Shown: one piece after another, positions 49,021-58,620 of the stretch
Numbering within the stretch: the stretch's first letter is position 1
Layout: every line of letters begins with the position of its first letter
Assembly (NCBI GenBank): GCA_963674865.2
Contig: CAXXYE010000002.1
Span: 64,001-128,000 of the forward strand
Source: Candidatus Hydrogenedentota bacterium
Lineage (GTDB): Bacteria; Hydrogenedentota; Hydrogenedentia; Hydrogenedentales; SLHB01
Length of the DNA stretch: 64,000 nucleotides
Direction of reading: 5' to 3'
Program-made: the position numbers and the translations under genes
Notes under the pieces: generated by a model
The model's database searches: none
Seen by the model: only the letters and a program-made list of their open reading frames with translations
Told to the model about the DNA's origin: nothing

Positions 49021-50970
49021 CTACTCTCCAAACAGCGAGGCCTCACTGATCCGCTCGATTTCCGGCATGGACAATGGGTTCTTCATCTCGCGATCCCGCG
49101 AAACGAGGGGGGCTACGCGAAGGATTTCGTCGGCGGTGGTTATGCCGCGGATGACCTTGAGCGCCCCAATTTCATTGATGGTGAGGAACGGCATGGTTGA
49201 GCGCGCGACTTTCAGTACCTCCGAAGCCGGCGCTCCCGCGAGAAAGGCCTCGCGCAGGTCGTCATTGACGGTGAGGGCTTCGAAGACGCCGGTTCGCCCG
49301 GCGAAGCCGGTGTTCTGGCATTCCTTGCAGCCTTTGCCGTGGTAGAAATCGTACTTGGACGGGTCGAAGTCCCTGATGGGGAACTCGCGGAGGGCCTGCT
49401 GGTCCGGTTGAAAGACGGCCCGGCAGTGCGGGCATATCCTGCGTACGAGCCGTTGGCACACGATGGTGAGGGCCGTGGACGATCTCAGGAAGGTCTTGAT
49501 TCCCAGGTCGGTAAGTCGCAGGAGCGAGCCCACGGTGTCATCGGCGTGGAAGGTGGTCAGCATCTTGTGGCCCATCAACGCCGACCAGAGCACGTCTCTG
49601 GCTTGGGTGCTGTACGGGATCTCGCCTACGGCGATGACGTCGGGGTCCTGATGGATGGCGGCGTTGATGACGTCGGCGAGGGTCGACCCTCTGTAGGAGG
49701 ACAACTGCGCCTGGATTGTGCCGGGCAAAATAGCTTCGACGGGCTCTTCGACGGTGACGATCTTGGTGCCGGGCCGGTTAAGGTGGTTCAGCGCGGCATA
49801 GAGGGAAGTGGTCTTGCCGGATGCGGGGGGGCCGGCGAAGATGATCATGCCGGAGGCATAGTCCAAAGCCCTTCGGCACATGGCGTAGACGTTGGGCGTC
49901 ATGCCTACGTCCTCGATGGCGATCATGTCGGTGTCTTGCCGGAAGAGCCTGAGCACGAGGGCTTCTCCAAGCATGCCGACTAAGATGGACACGCGCATGT
50001 CGACTTTCACGTCTTCGAGGCGTCCCATCAGGCGGCCTTCCTGCTCTTTGTGCGTTTCGGAGACGTTCAGGCCGGAAAGGACCTTGATGCGCCTGAATAC
50101 GGCATCGCGGATGTTGAGGGGAAGGTCCATCTTGCGTGTGATGATGCCGTTTGTGCGGAACCTCACCTGGACGCGGTTGTTCATGGACTCGAGGTGGACG
50201 TCGCTTGCCTCCTCATTGATGGCTTCGTTGATCAGGTAGTTGACGACGTCGACGGCTTGTGTCTCGACGGCGCCCCGGCGAAATCGCTCGCCGGCCATGT
50301 CCATTCGCCCGACCTCATCCGCGGCGAGCATCTCATCTTCCGCCCCCTCCTCGGCCAGGCCCGGTACGGTGGTCTGTTCCAGCAGGCTGTCAATGAGTTC
50401 CTGGATTCTCGATGGCGGGCAAATGGCGAGTTCGATATCCTGGCCGAACACGTTCTCCAGGAGTTGGCTGGTGGCTTCGTCGAGCAGGCCGGGTACGAGC
50501 ACCGTGGTCACGCCTTCGCGTTCGGCGAGGGGCAGGACCTTGTTATGGCGCATGAAGTCGGCGGGGAGCCGGGTGAAGACGCGCCTGTCTACGAGGCGCT
50601 GATAGGGGACGATATAGGGCATGTCGAGCTGCTCGCTCAGAGCTTCGGCGAGCTGTTCTTCCGTAATGATGCTGCTGTCGATGAGGGTTTGGCCGAGTTG
50701 CTGGCGCGTTCCGTCCTTCTTGCCGAGGGCGGATTCGAGTTCTTCCGCAGTGATGATGCCCTTCTCGAGCAGGTATTCGCCCAGAGGTATGCGCCGCTTA
50801 TGCTCTCTGATGACGTATCGGAGCTGGCGCTTGGTGAGATAGCCAAGGTCGACGAGTATATCGCCGATGCGGCTTTGCTCTTCCTTCTGGACCTGCAACG
50901 CCTCAGCGAGTTGCAGGTCGGAAATCATTCCCTCTTCGCAAAGAATGGCCCCTAAACGTGTAGCCGCCAT
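49021..50970 (-). CDS. GspE/PilB-family ATPase with tandem MshEN domains
   Basis: four LG..L...G.I...QL..AL motifs, ASDVHLE, GPPASGKTT, TVEEPVE, QDPDVIAVGEI, CPHC...CKEC; RBS GAGGT before ATG 50970. Confidence 0.9.
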   Translation of the reverse strand: MAATRLGAILCEEGMISDLQLAEALQVQKEEQSRIGDILVDLGYLTKRQLRYVIREHKRRIPLGEYLLEKGIITAEELESALGKKDGTRQQLGQTLIDSSIITEEQLAEALSEQLDMPYIVPYQRLVDRRVFTRLPADFMRHNKVLPLAEREGVTTVLVPGLLDEATSQLLENVFGQDIELAICPPSRIQELIDSLLEQTTVPGLAEEGAEDEMLAADEVGRMDMAGERFRRGAVETQAVDVVNYLINEAINEEASDVHLESMNNRVQVRFRTNGIITRKMDLPLNIRDAVFRRIKVLSGLNVSETHKEQEGRLMGRLEDVKVDMRVSILVGMLGEALVLRLFRQDTDMIAIEDVGMTPNVYAMCRRALDYASGMIIFAGPPASGKTTSLYAALNHLNRPGTKIVTVEEPVEAILPGTIQAQLSSYRGSTLADVINAAIHQDPDVIAVGEIPYSTQARDVLWSALMGHKMLTTFHADDTVGSLLRLTDLGIKTFLRSSTALTIVCQRLVRRICPHCRAVFQPDQQALREFPIRDFDPSKYDFYHGKGCKECQNTGFAGRTGVFEALTVNDDLREAFLAGAPASEVLKVARSTMPFLTINEIGALKVIRGITTADEILRVAPLVSRDREMKNPLSMPEIERISEASLFGE

Positions 50971-51079
50971 GAGATTGCACCTCACCCGCTAGTGTGTCGT
51001 CTCTCCGATGGAGCGCAGGAACCCGGTTCCTCAAAGGGTCGGGCGCCGTTCAGAGCACCCATCCTCCTGCGCCGCCTGC

Positions 51080-51108
51080 AATATAGATGAGAAGGCGCGG
51101 GCTGTCAA
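51080..51108 (-). promoter_or_regulatory. sigma70-type promoter for the ATPase-kinase operon
   Basis: minus strand TTGACA, 17 bp, TATATT. Confidence 0.7.
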
Positions 51109-51188
51109 TGCCGTCAACGCACCAGGACCGGCCTGCTCTTGCGGGGCGCTTGCTTGCAACGGCCTTGGAAGGGCGGGATAATCGCCCT

Positions 51189-53228
51189 ATGAACGCCGCG
51201 TTTGCGATAGTGTTGGCGTTGTTCGGTGTGACGCAGCTGTGGACCGAGCCTGGTCATGTGGCTGTTTTCCCCGACTCAACGCCTGGGCCGGGGGCGTCGC
51301 GGGCGGTGCGTCTTTACGCGGCGCGTGGTGAGCGGGAGTCCTTCCAGATCTGCATCCGGCCGGGGAAGAAGGGGCTGGAAGAGGTGGAGGTCCGCGCCCC
51401 GGGATTGGATGAATCCATCGGCCCCCCCGAGGTCCACCGTGTCGGTTTTCTCCGCCTCGGGGGCTCGTTGGATGTCGATGGTGTCCTGTGGCCTGATCCG
51501 CTCTTGACGCCCGCGCCGTTCGAGGCGCCTCCCAACGAGACGCAGGCCGTCTGGCTTACCTATGCGGTGCCCGAATCGGCATCGCCGGGGCTGCACTACG
51601 GCAAGGTGGCAGTGGCGTCGAAGAAGGGGCGGACGTGGGCCTTCGACGTTACCATCGAGGTGTTTGATTTCGTCTTGCCTGAGACGCCTACGCTGCAGGC
51701 CGTGTTCCCACTGTGCCGGCGCGCCGTACGCGATGTATACGGCATAGACGACACGGACCTCGAAGCCTGGAAGCCTATCTACGGGGCGTTCGCCGGTTAC
51801 CGGTTGGCTTTAGGGCTGTGGGACGGAGGTGACCTGGTCAAGATCCAAACGAGCGGAGAAGTCGATGCGACGGCGCTCAAAGAGCATCTGGCGTACATCG
51901 TTTCCACGGCGCACTTGAGCGCGGCGCCCTTGGGGCCGGGGCCGGAGGGCCTCACCGTGTTTCCGCGCCCCTTGCCCGGGGCTGTCCAGGATCCGCTCCA
52001 ATGCTACCTGGGGGCCATGGGCGACTATCTTGAGGAGTGCGGACGGCTTGAGCGGGCCTGTTTTCAGCCGATGAGCATTTCCGAACGTCGGCGCTGGCCC
52101 GAGGCGCGCGCCGCTTGCGAGCGCGTCCGGCGCGCCGATGGGCGCATTCGCCGGATACTTGTCGGTGGGATGCACCCGTTCCTCGAACGCTATACAGACA
52201 TCTGGGCCGTGCCGCTTCGCTTCACCGATCCGCTCGCAATCGCGCGGCTGGAAGCGGGATTGTCCGTCGCGGCAAAGGCGCCGTATCGCGCTATAGATAT
52301 TGTGGCCTCGTCATCGGGCGGCCCGTCCGATCTTTCACCCTTCGCCAGTGCGCCGGAAGACGCCTACGACGGCGCGCTGGTTACCTACTGGGTTTCGGAT
52401 GCCGAACCGAGCCGGAAGGCGCCTCAATGGCTGCAGATTGCGCTTGCGGAGCGTGTGCGGACGAACCGCATCCGTGTGGGTTGGCAAACGGGGCTCGAAT
52501 CCGACGAGGTCCGGGTGCGCACCTCGTACGAAGGTGAGTCGTTCAGCATTGCCGATGTTTCTTGGGAACATCACCCGGCGCACGCTCCGTACGAGCGGAG
52601 CTGGTCGGAGGGGCGGTTCAAACGCGACAAGGCATTTACCGCCATTCGTCTCGAGTTCTTGAAAAGCACTTCCGGCGGGCCGGTTGGGATCAGCGAGGTG
52701 GAGCTGGGCAAGCCGCCCGTACCTGATTCCGTTGGCAAGATCGAGCCCGTCGAAGTGTGGCTAAGCACCCGCGAGGGCGATTTTCCTTCGTTGGCGGCCG
52801 GAGGGCAGCCCATGGAGTCGAGGCTGCTTCCGTGGGTGTGTTGGGCTTGCCGGGCGCGCGGCTTCACGCATGATGCGTTGAACCGGTGGCCCGGCGCGTG
52901 GGTGAACGCCGCGAAGGAGCAGCCTCCCATATGGACGGCCACCGAGGGAGAGATGGACGCCTTCCTCTTCTATCCTGGTTCTGCTTCTGCGATTCCCTCC
53001 ATCCGCGCGGAGCTCCTGCGGGACGGCATCGAAGACTTCGAGTACTTGTCCGCCGTCAGCGATGCCCTTGAAAGTGGAGTGATCTCGGATCCCTCCACGG
53101 GTCGATACTGCGCTCGTCTTGTATATTCTCCGGAGCGCTCACGGGCGAACATGGACGAATTGAGCCGGCGCGTTATTGAGGGGCGTGTTGCCATGGGGCG
53201 GGCGCTGACGGACTTGGCGAGGGAATAG
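51189..53228 (+). CDS. secreted DUF4091/GH123-like protein with inserted discoidin (F5/8 type C)-like domain
   Basis: AARGERESFQI, WPDPL, QAVWL, C-terminal FYPG...PSIRAELLRDGIEDFEYL; internal AYDG..TYW...PQWLQI...ISEV. Confidence 0.7.
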   Translation: MNAAFAIVLALFGVTQLWTEPGHVAVFPDSTPGPGASRAVRLYAARGERESFQICIRPGKKGLEEVEVRAPGLDESIGPPEVHRVGFLRLGGSLDVDGVLWPDPLLTPAPFEAPPNETQAVWLTYAVPESASPGLHYGKVAVASKKGRTWAFDVTIEVFDFVLPETPTLQAVFPLCRRAVRDVYGIDDTDLEAWKPIYGAFAGYRLALGLWDGGDLVKIQTSGEVDATALKEHLAYIVSTAHLSAAPLGPGPEGLTVFPRPLPGAVQDPLQCYLGAMGDYLEECGRLERACFQPMSISERRRWPEARAACERVRRADGRIRRILVGGMHPFLERYTDIWAVPLRFTDPLAIARLEAGLSVAAKAPYRAIDIVASSSGGPSDLSPFASAPEDAYDGALVTYWVSDAEPSRKAPQWLQIALAERVRTNRIRVGWQTGLESDEVRVRTSYEGESFSIADVSWEHHPAHAPYERSWSEGRFKRDKAFTAIRLEFLKSTSGGPVGISEVELGKPPVPDSVGKIEPVEVWLSTREGDFPSLAAGGQPMESRLLPWVCWACRARGFTHDALNRWPGAWVNAAKEQPPIWTATEGEMDAFLFYPGSASAIPSIRAELLRDGIEDFEYLSAVSDALESGVISDPSTGRYCARLVYSPERSRANMDELSRRVIEGRVAMGRALTDLARE

Positions 53229-53410
53229 CGAGGCAATCGGCGGCCGGGTCGCCAATTGTGCCGGCCATCAAGGCTACTGGTATCTCGGGGGGCAATCCGA
53301 TATCATCTGGCGCCGTCACCGAGAGCGGGTTCTCGGTGATGGGTACATGGCATGGCGCAAGTCGCCCTGTGGGGCAGGAATGATGCCGCGGCAGGGGAAG
53401 GAGAGTATCG

Positions 53411-54472
53411 ATGGCGAAGAAGCGACTTCGGGTTGGCGTGATCGGGTGCGGCGGCATTGCACAAGGATGCCATTGGCCCAATTGGAAAGAACTTGCGGAT
53501 GAGGGGCGCGTCGAGCTGATCGGGGCGTGTGACAATGTCAAAGAGCGCGCGCAGAAGGCGGCCGACGAGTTCGGCGTTAAGCGCGCCTTCAACAGCTACT
53601 CCAGTATGCTCAAGGCCGAGGAGTTCGACATTGTCGACGTGTGCACGCAGAACCGGCTGCACAAGCCGATCACGGTGGCTGCGCTCAAGGCCGGGGCTCA
53701 TGTGATCGTCGAGAAGCCGATGGCCATGAACGTGCGCGAGTGCAAAGAGATGATCGCGGCCGCCAAGGCGGGGAAGCGCAAGCTGATGGTGGCCCAGCAC
53801 ATGCGGTTTGAAGCGGCCAACGAGCGGTTCAAGGAAGTGGCGGCGAGCGGGGCGCTCGGGCAGGTTTACCACGCCAATACCCACTGGATCCGCCGGCGCG
53901 GCATTCCGGCGTGGGGGCGCTTCCATATCAAGAAGGAATCGTGCGGCGGGCCGTTAATCGACCTTGGCGTTCACGTCATGGATCTTGCCGTGTGGCTGAT
54001 GGGGTCGCCGAAGCCCGTCGCCGCTTCCGGCAAGACGTGGTGCATGTTTGGTGATCGGGACGATCTCGTCAACGGGAGCTGGGGGCGGGGCTATCCGGCG
54101 TCAGAGTACGACGTCGAGGATTATGCGGCGGCCTTTGTCCGGTTCGAGGACAACATCACGATGTCCATGGAGGTCTCGTGGGCGGCGAATATCGGCCAGG
54201 AGCGTCACGGCTTCTACATTCTGGGCGACAAGTCCGGGATCGGCACGTATCCGCAAGGCGTCTACGGTTATCGCCAAGGCGCGCTGACGACGACGAACTT
54301 CGACTGGCTTCCCAAGCAAGAAGGCCACCGCATGGAGATCCGGCACTTCACGGAGTGTGTCGAGAAGAATCTTCCGGTGCGGGTGCAGCCGGAGGAGTCC
54401 CTCAATATACAGAAGATTATCGACGCTATTTACGAGTCGTCGAAGAGGAATCGCGAGGTACTTATCAAGTAG
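53411..54472 (+). CDS. Gfo/Idh/MocA family oxidoreductase
   Basis: VGVIGCGGIA, VEKPMA, GGPLIDLGVH. Confidence 0.93.
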   Translation: MAKKRLRVGVIGCGGIAQGCHWPNWKELADEGRVELIGACDNVKERAQKAADEFGVKRAFNSYSSMLKAEEFDIVDVCTQNRLHKPITVAALKAGAHVIVEKPMAMNVRECKEMIAAAKAGKRKLMVAQHMRFEAANERFKEVAASGALGQVYHANTHWIRRRGIPAWGRFHIKKESCGGPLIDLGVHVMDLAVWLMGSPKPVAASGKTWCMFGDRDDLVNGSWGRGYPASEYDVEDYAAAFVRFEDNITMSMEVSWAANIGQERHGFYILGDKSGIGTYPQGVYGYRQGALTTTNFDWLPKQEGHRMEIRHFTECVEKNLPVRVQPEESLNIQKIIDAIYESSKRNREVLIK

Positions 54473-54547
54473 CCGCGAGAATTCGCTCGAGCGGGGTGTC
54501 AGATTAGGTAGGCGGTGCGACGGCTTTCGTCGGCCGCCTTCTTCTTG

Positions 54548-54934
54548 TCAGTCCGCGGGGCCGGGCAGGGCTTCGGGAGGGAGGTGCCTGACGAGCATGT
54601 CTTGCACGGTGTGCAATTCGGCGCCCTTGGGCATTTCGTCGGTTGCTCCGGCGTTTTGCATGGCCCGGCGATCGTCATCCGGCGTTGTGAGGAATACGAT
54701 GGGAAGGGCTGGCGAGATCTCCGGGTCCTCCCGGAGCATCTTGCAGGTTTCGCATCCGTCGAAGACCGGGAGTGAGACGGCGAGAAAGACCATGTCCGGT
54801 TGCTCGCTCAACGCCATCTCATAGGCCTCGTGGCCGTTGTAGGCGCATAGCGCGTCATGACCTGCACCGGCCAGCGCTGCCGATAGGATGTCGAGGGTCA
54901 TTGCGTCGTCATCCGCGACTAGAATGCGCGCCAT
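54548..54934 (-). CDS. single-domain response regulator receiver lacking the phospho-acceptor Asp
   Basis: RILVADDD, NGHEA, PDMVFLAVSLPVFDG, PIVFLT. Confidence 0.82.
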   Translation of the reverse strand: MARILVADDDAMTLDILSAALAGAGHDALCAYNGHEAYEMALSEQPDMVFLAVSLPVFDGCETCKMLREDPEISPALPIVFLTTPDDDRRAMQNAGATDEMPKGAELHTVQDMLVRHLPPEALPGPAD

Positions 54935-54958
54935 AGGGATTTCCTTTCCTCTGGCGGC

Positions 54959-55019
54959 ATTATAGGGCAGTTCTTCCACCTTTACAATGCTTGACTTCGG
55001 TTCCTTTCGAGCCTAGAAT
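54959..55019. promoter_or_regulatory. back-to-back divergent sigma70-type promoters
   Basis: minus strand TTGTAA-17-TATAAT (54987-54959); plus strand TTGACT-17-TAGAAT (54991-55019). Confidence 0.7.
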
Positions 55020-55122
55020 GGCTGGAGTAAAGCCCGTTTTAGGGTGTATTTGCGCCCGTTTGCCCAGATTCAGAGAACTCTTCGGTTAAGCAGATCGAAT
55101 CAGCGTATGTGGGGTTAGAGTT

Positions 55123-55929
55123 ATGATTCGCGTTCTCCTATTGCTGTGCGTCCTTGGTGTGGGCAGCGTCCTGGCCAATGCGCAGGGAGATGACATGGAG
55201 GGCGCCGCTCCCGAGGCACCCATGCCTCCCCCCGCCATGCCAAAGCAAGGGGACGTTGTGATGTTGAAGTCGGGGGCGGTGCTGGATGGGGTGCAAGTGC
55301 TTAGGCACACGCCGAAGGAGTACGAGATCGAGCTGGTGGAAGGAACGGAGCCTCTCCGGATTCCATCCAAGCAGGTGCTTTCGGTGGAGTACGACGATAT
55401 TGACCCGCTCCGGCTGCGGCGGCAGCAGGCCCTGATGCAGAAGCAGGGAGAGGGCAATCTCATCCCCGGGCGGCGCCTGAAGCAAGAGTTGGACGAAAAG
55501 CTGCGCGTGGATCTTTCCGGATTATCCCTTGAGAAAAAAGAAGGGGACTTGGTCGACATTCTTGCCGGCCTCGGAAAGGAGTTGGGGGTGAATATCGAGG
55601 TCTCCGAGCCGGTACGGGCGAGGCCGGTTGAGCAGCGTCAGTGGTCGCTTGCGCTTGCCCCCGGCATGACGCTTCCTGCCTTGTTCAGAGAGAGTCTGTT
55701 GAAGGACTTCGGTGGCCTGGAAGTCGTCTATATGTTTGACAAGGTCCTGGTGACCACACAGGAGGACGCTAAGAAGCTGGAAGAGAGCGTTCTTCAAGGG
55801 GAAGCCGAGGGCCAGCCGGAATCCGCGAAAGAGCCAGCGCCTCCGAAGGAGCCGGAGCCTCCTGCGAAACCCGCTGCGAAGCCCGCTCCGCCTAAGAAAC
55901 CTGTTCAGGATCCCTTCTTCGCGGGCTGA
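55123..55929 (+). CDS. hypothetical secreted protein with Pro/Ala/Lys-rich tail
   Basis: signal peptide, DVVMLKSG small beta domain, upstream promoter. Confidence 0.7.
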   Translation: MIRVLLLLCVLGVGSVLANAQGDDMEGAAPEAPMPPPAMPKQGDVVMLKSGAVLDGVQVLRHTPKEYEIELVEGTEPLRIPSKQVLSVEYDDIDPLRLRRQQALMQKQGEGNLIPGRRLKQELDEKLRVDLSGLSLEKKEGDLVDILAGLGKELGVNIEVSEPVRARPVEQRQWSLALAPGMTLPALFRESLLKDFGGLEVVYMFDKVLVTTQEDAKKLEESVLQGEAEGQPESAKEPAPPKEPEPPAKPAAKPAPPKKPVQDPFFAG

Positions 55930-56028
55930 TCGTGCATCTGTCGAGGGTGTAAGACGCTTGGGCAAGACACATGCTGCCCGCCCGATGCCCCGTCATCTTC
56001 TCTCAGACAATTGGCCCGAGCGGAGTTC

Positions 56029-56532
56029 CTACCAGGGCGTGTCGGGGGAGTCCGTAGTCTCGCCTGGAGGTTCCTCTTCCGTCACCGAAGGGGCGACTTC
56101 ACCGAACGAGAGATCCTTGGGGACGTCCGAATCGGAGTCGTCGTCCTCCTCCTCATCGAAGGACTCCTCCTTGTCGTCATCTTCCTCCTCGTCATCACTG
56201 GAAGCGATCTCATCGTCCTCGGAGAAGGTCTCGTCGTCCGTGTCTTCCGCGTCGGACTCGTCATCGTCATCGACGAGTTCGAGATCCTCCTCTTCCGAGA
56301 CGCTCGATTCTTCTTCCACGGGCTTGGGTGTCGCCTTTCCAGGAGCGGGCTTCGACGGCGTCGCCTTCCCTCGGCGTTTCAGCGATGGCGCCGTGCCGGC
56401 TGAGGAGGAGTCATTTCCTCCACCGATGCGGACCAGTTCAGCTTCGCAATCAGGGCACTTGAACTTCAACTTCTCCGCACCCCAGTCCACAAAGCGCCTG
56501 CTGCATTGCGGGCACTGATACTTCACCGCCAT
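56029..56532 (-). CDS. zinc-ribbon protein with long acidic tail (FYDLN-acid-like)
   Basis: CPQC...CPDC followed by a D/E-rich tract; RBS GAGGAGG; upstream promoter TTCACA-17-TATAAT (56622-56594). Confidence 0.75.
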   Translation of the reverse strand: MAVKYQCPQCSRRFVDWGAEKLKFKCPDCEAELVRIGGGNDSSSAGTAPSLKRRGKATPSKPAPGKATPKPVEEESSVSEEEDLELVDDDDESDAEDTDDETFSEDDEIASSDDEEEDDDKEESFDEEEDDDSDSDVPKDLSFGEVAPSVTEEEPPGETTDSPDTPW

Positions 56533-56698
56533 GGATGATGTTCCCTCCTCGATATGCTGCGAACGCAGCCCATTTTCCGGCTGAAGCGGGGGGATTATAG
56601 CAGAACATATTCCGGATGTGAAGCATTGAATATTGCCTTGGCACAAGGGCGTAAGTTGTTGTGGGGTAGGGTATTAACGACGGCTGTCGGCGGGGCGG

Positions 56699-57103
56699 TC
56701 ACGTGCGGGACAGTCTATGCGCAGCCAAGGCAGCCATGGCAATGGCCAAGGCGCCCGAAGCCACCGTGTATATGGACCAGGCCGGCCCAGGGAGGAGAGA
56801 AAGCGCGGATGAATTGAGGTAGGTTGCGCGGATGTAGTCCAGATTGCCCGCCAGCCCGGGCATCCATTCGACTATTCGCGAAGCCAAACCGATCCGGAAA
56901 ATGCTCGCCGCAGCGGCGAGGAGCACGGCGCCGTAACCTGCGCACATCACCCATCTCTTGAGAAAGGAGTGTCTTTCCTGCGCCAGCATTGCGCTGCATC
57001 GGACACGTACCATGACGCTATCGTGCAAGTGGGCGGGCGCCTGGCGCGCGGGTTCATCGCGGAGGGCCGATTCGATAAGTCCGTCCAGGTTAACCGGCTT
57101 CAT
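56699..57103 (-). CDS. putative membrane anti-sigma factor
   Basis: L..EP...AP..L...VM N-terminus plus two TM segments; overlaps the 3' end of the ECF sigma gene. Confidence 0.6.
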   Translation of the reverse strand: MKPVNLDGLIESALRDEPARQAPAHLHDSVMVRVRCSAMLAQERHSFLKRWVMCAGYGAVLLAAAASIFRIGLASRIVEWMPGLAGNLDYIRATYLNSSALSLLPGPAWSIYTVASGALAIAMAALAAHRLSRT

Positions 57104-57698
57104 TTGTCCTACTCCCTGCCATCTCCTCTTCAACGATGCGGCGCAGTTGCTTTCTTGCGCGGTGCATCCAGGTCTTGAGCGTGCCTAAAGGGATGCACAT
57201 GAGGGCGGCGATTTCGTCGTAGGTAACTTCGTTAAGGTAGTACAGCGTGACGACTGTCGCGTAGCGTTCGGGTAGGCGCGCTACGCACCGGCGGATCAGT
57301 TCTTTGGCGTCTTCCGATTCGACAGAGGGCCGGACACTCTCTTCGGGATGGCCAGGTCGTAAGGCGACCTCGCCCCGGCGCTTGCGGCGGCTCAACTCCG
57401 TCAAGCAGACGCTGCATGTAACTTGATAGAGCCACGTCGAGAAGGCGCACTTGCCCCGGAAGCCTTTTAGAAGCCGGAAGGCCTTGAGGAACGCTTCCTG
57501 TGCCATGTCCTCGGCGGCGGTCGGGTCGCGCATGAATCGGAACGCCAAACCATACACGGCATTCTGATGGCGTAGGACCAAAGCGGAGAACGCTTCGACC
57601 TCGCCGTGTTTTGTGCGCTCGACGAGCGTTTGATCCGGATCGTTTGTCATTGGAAGCCCGGTAGTTGCCGGCCAGCACGGTATTGCCTGCGCTGTCAT
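57090..57698 (-). CDS. ECF RNA polymerase sigma factor (SigW/RpoE-like)
   Basis: AEDMAQEAFLKAF, FSTWLY, YDEIAALMCIPLGTLKTWMHRAR; ATG overlaps the upstream stop. Confidence 0.93.
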   Translation of the reverse strand: MTAQAIPCWPATTGLPMTNDPDQTLVERTKHGEVEAFSALVLRHQNAVYGLAFRFMRDPTAAEDMAQEAFLKAFRLLKGFRGKCAFSTWLYQVTCSVCLTELSRRKRRGEVALRPGHPEESVRPSVESEDAKELIRRCVARLPERYATVVTLYYLNEVTYDEIAALMCIPLGTLKTWMHRARKQLRRIVEEEMAGSRTNEAG

Positions 57699-58612
57699 TC
57701 CGTATTCCTCGTGATCCAGATGTTGCCATTGAGCGTTTCGACGGTCAACTTCCTACCACCTTCGCCTATGACTCCCTTCAATGTTTTGCGGCCCGCCACG
57801 CCCGCCGAGGCATCCACCGGCACGCCGGCCCGGATCATGCCTGTCTCGGTGGCGGCGCTCACGACGCCGGCGGGCTTGCCGTGCAGCACGAGTGTTATAC
57901 CTCCATTCTGGCTCTTAAGCGTGCAGTCGCCCACGGCGTCCGTCAACACGCGCGTCAGGATGATCCCGTTCGCTGTGGCTGCGTCGAGCGCGCCGCCAAG
58001 CATGTGCGCGTAGATGTTGCCGTTAACCGTCGCCAATGTGGCGCCCTGCCGCGCGCCCGTCACGCGTACGCGTCCGTTGGCGCTTTGCACGGACACAGGG
58101 CCCGAAGGCCCTTGAATCTCGACATCCGCGTTGTGTCCAAGTACGGTGACGGCACGGCACCCGTCCTCTACCCAGACGTTTCCGTTGGCGTTTTCTATCT
58201 CGACGTCGGTGGCCGTGGGAACCCACACCTCGTAGTCGACACGAAGTTCGACGACGTCGGGCCGTGGTAGCGGCTCTGTGGTGACCCTCAACGTTCCGTC
58301 GGCCCGGCTCACATCAAACAGGGTCGCCGCATAGGCCCGCACTTCCTTTGCCGCGGACCTTTGCCGGGCATACACCCGGACGCGCGCCGCGAAGCGCATT
58401 TCGTCCTGGTCGTGTGTGCGGATGCGCACGGCCCCGTCCGCGTTCAAGAGGTGCAACGCCAAGGCTTTGGATTCGACAAAGACCCGCTCTTCCTCGATCA
58501 AGGGCGGCCCGACAACGGCCGGCAGGGCCGGCGCGAGGACGCCTATCGTGAAGAGCAGGACCGCCGTGGCGATGAAAGAAGCCGTAACTATGCTGCGGAG
58601 AACCGTTTTCAC
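57695..58612 (-). CDS. DUF4097-family beta-strand repeat envelope protein
   Basis: N-terminal TM; repeated (S/T)xNGx(I/V) units; GTG start at 58612 preferred. Confidence 0.8.
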   Translation of the reverse strand: MKTVLRSIVTASFIATAVLLFTIGVLAPALPAVVGPPLIEEERVFVESKALALHLLNADGAVRIRTHDQDEMRFAARVRVYARQRSAAKEVRAYAATLFDVSRADGTLRVTTEPLPRPDVVELRVDYEVWVPTATDVEIENANGNVWVEDGCRAVTVLGHNADVEIQGPSGPVSVQSANGRVRVTGARQGATLATVNGNIYAHMLGGALDAATANGIILTRVLTDAVGDCTLKSQNGGITLVLHGKPAGVVSAATETGMIRAGVPVDASAGVAGRKTLKGVIGEGGRKLTVETLNGNIWITRNTE

Positions 58613-58620
58613 ATTATTTT

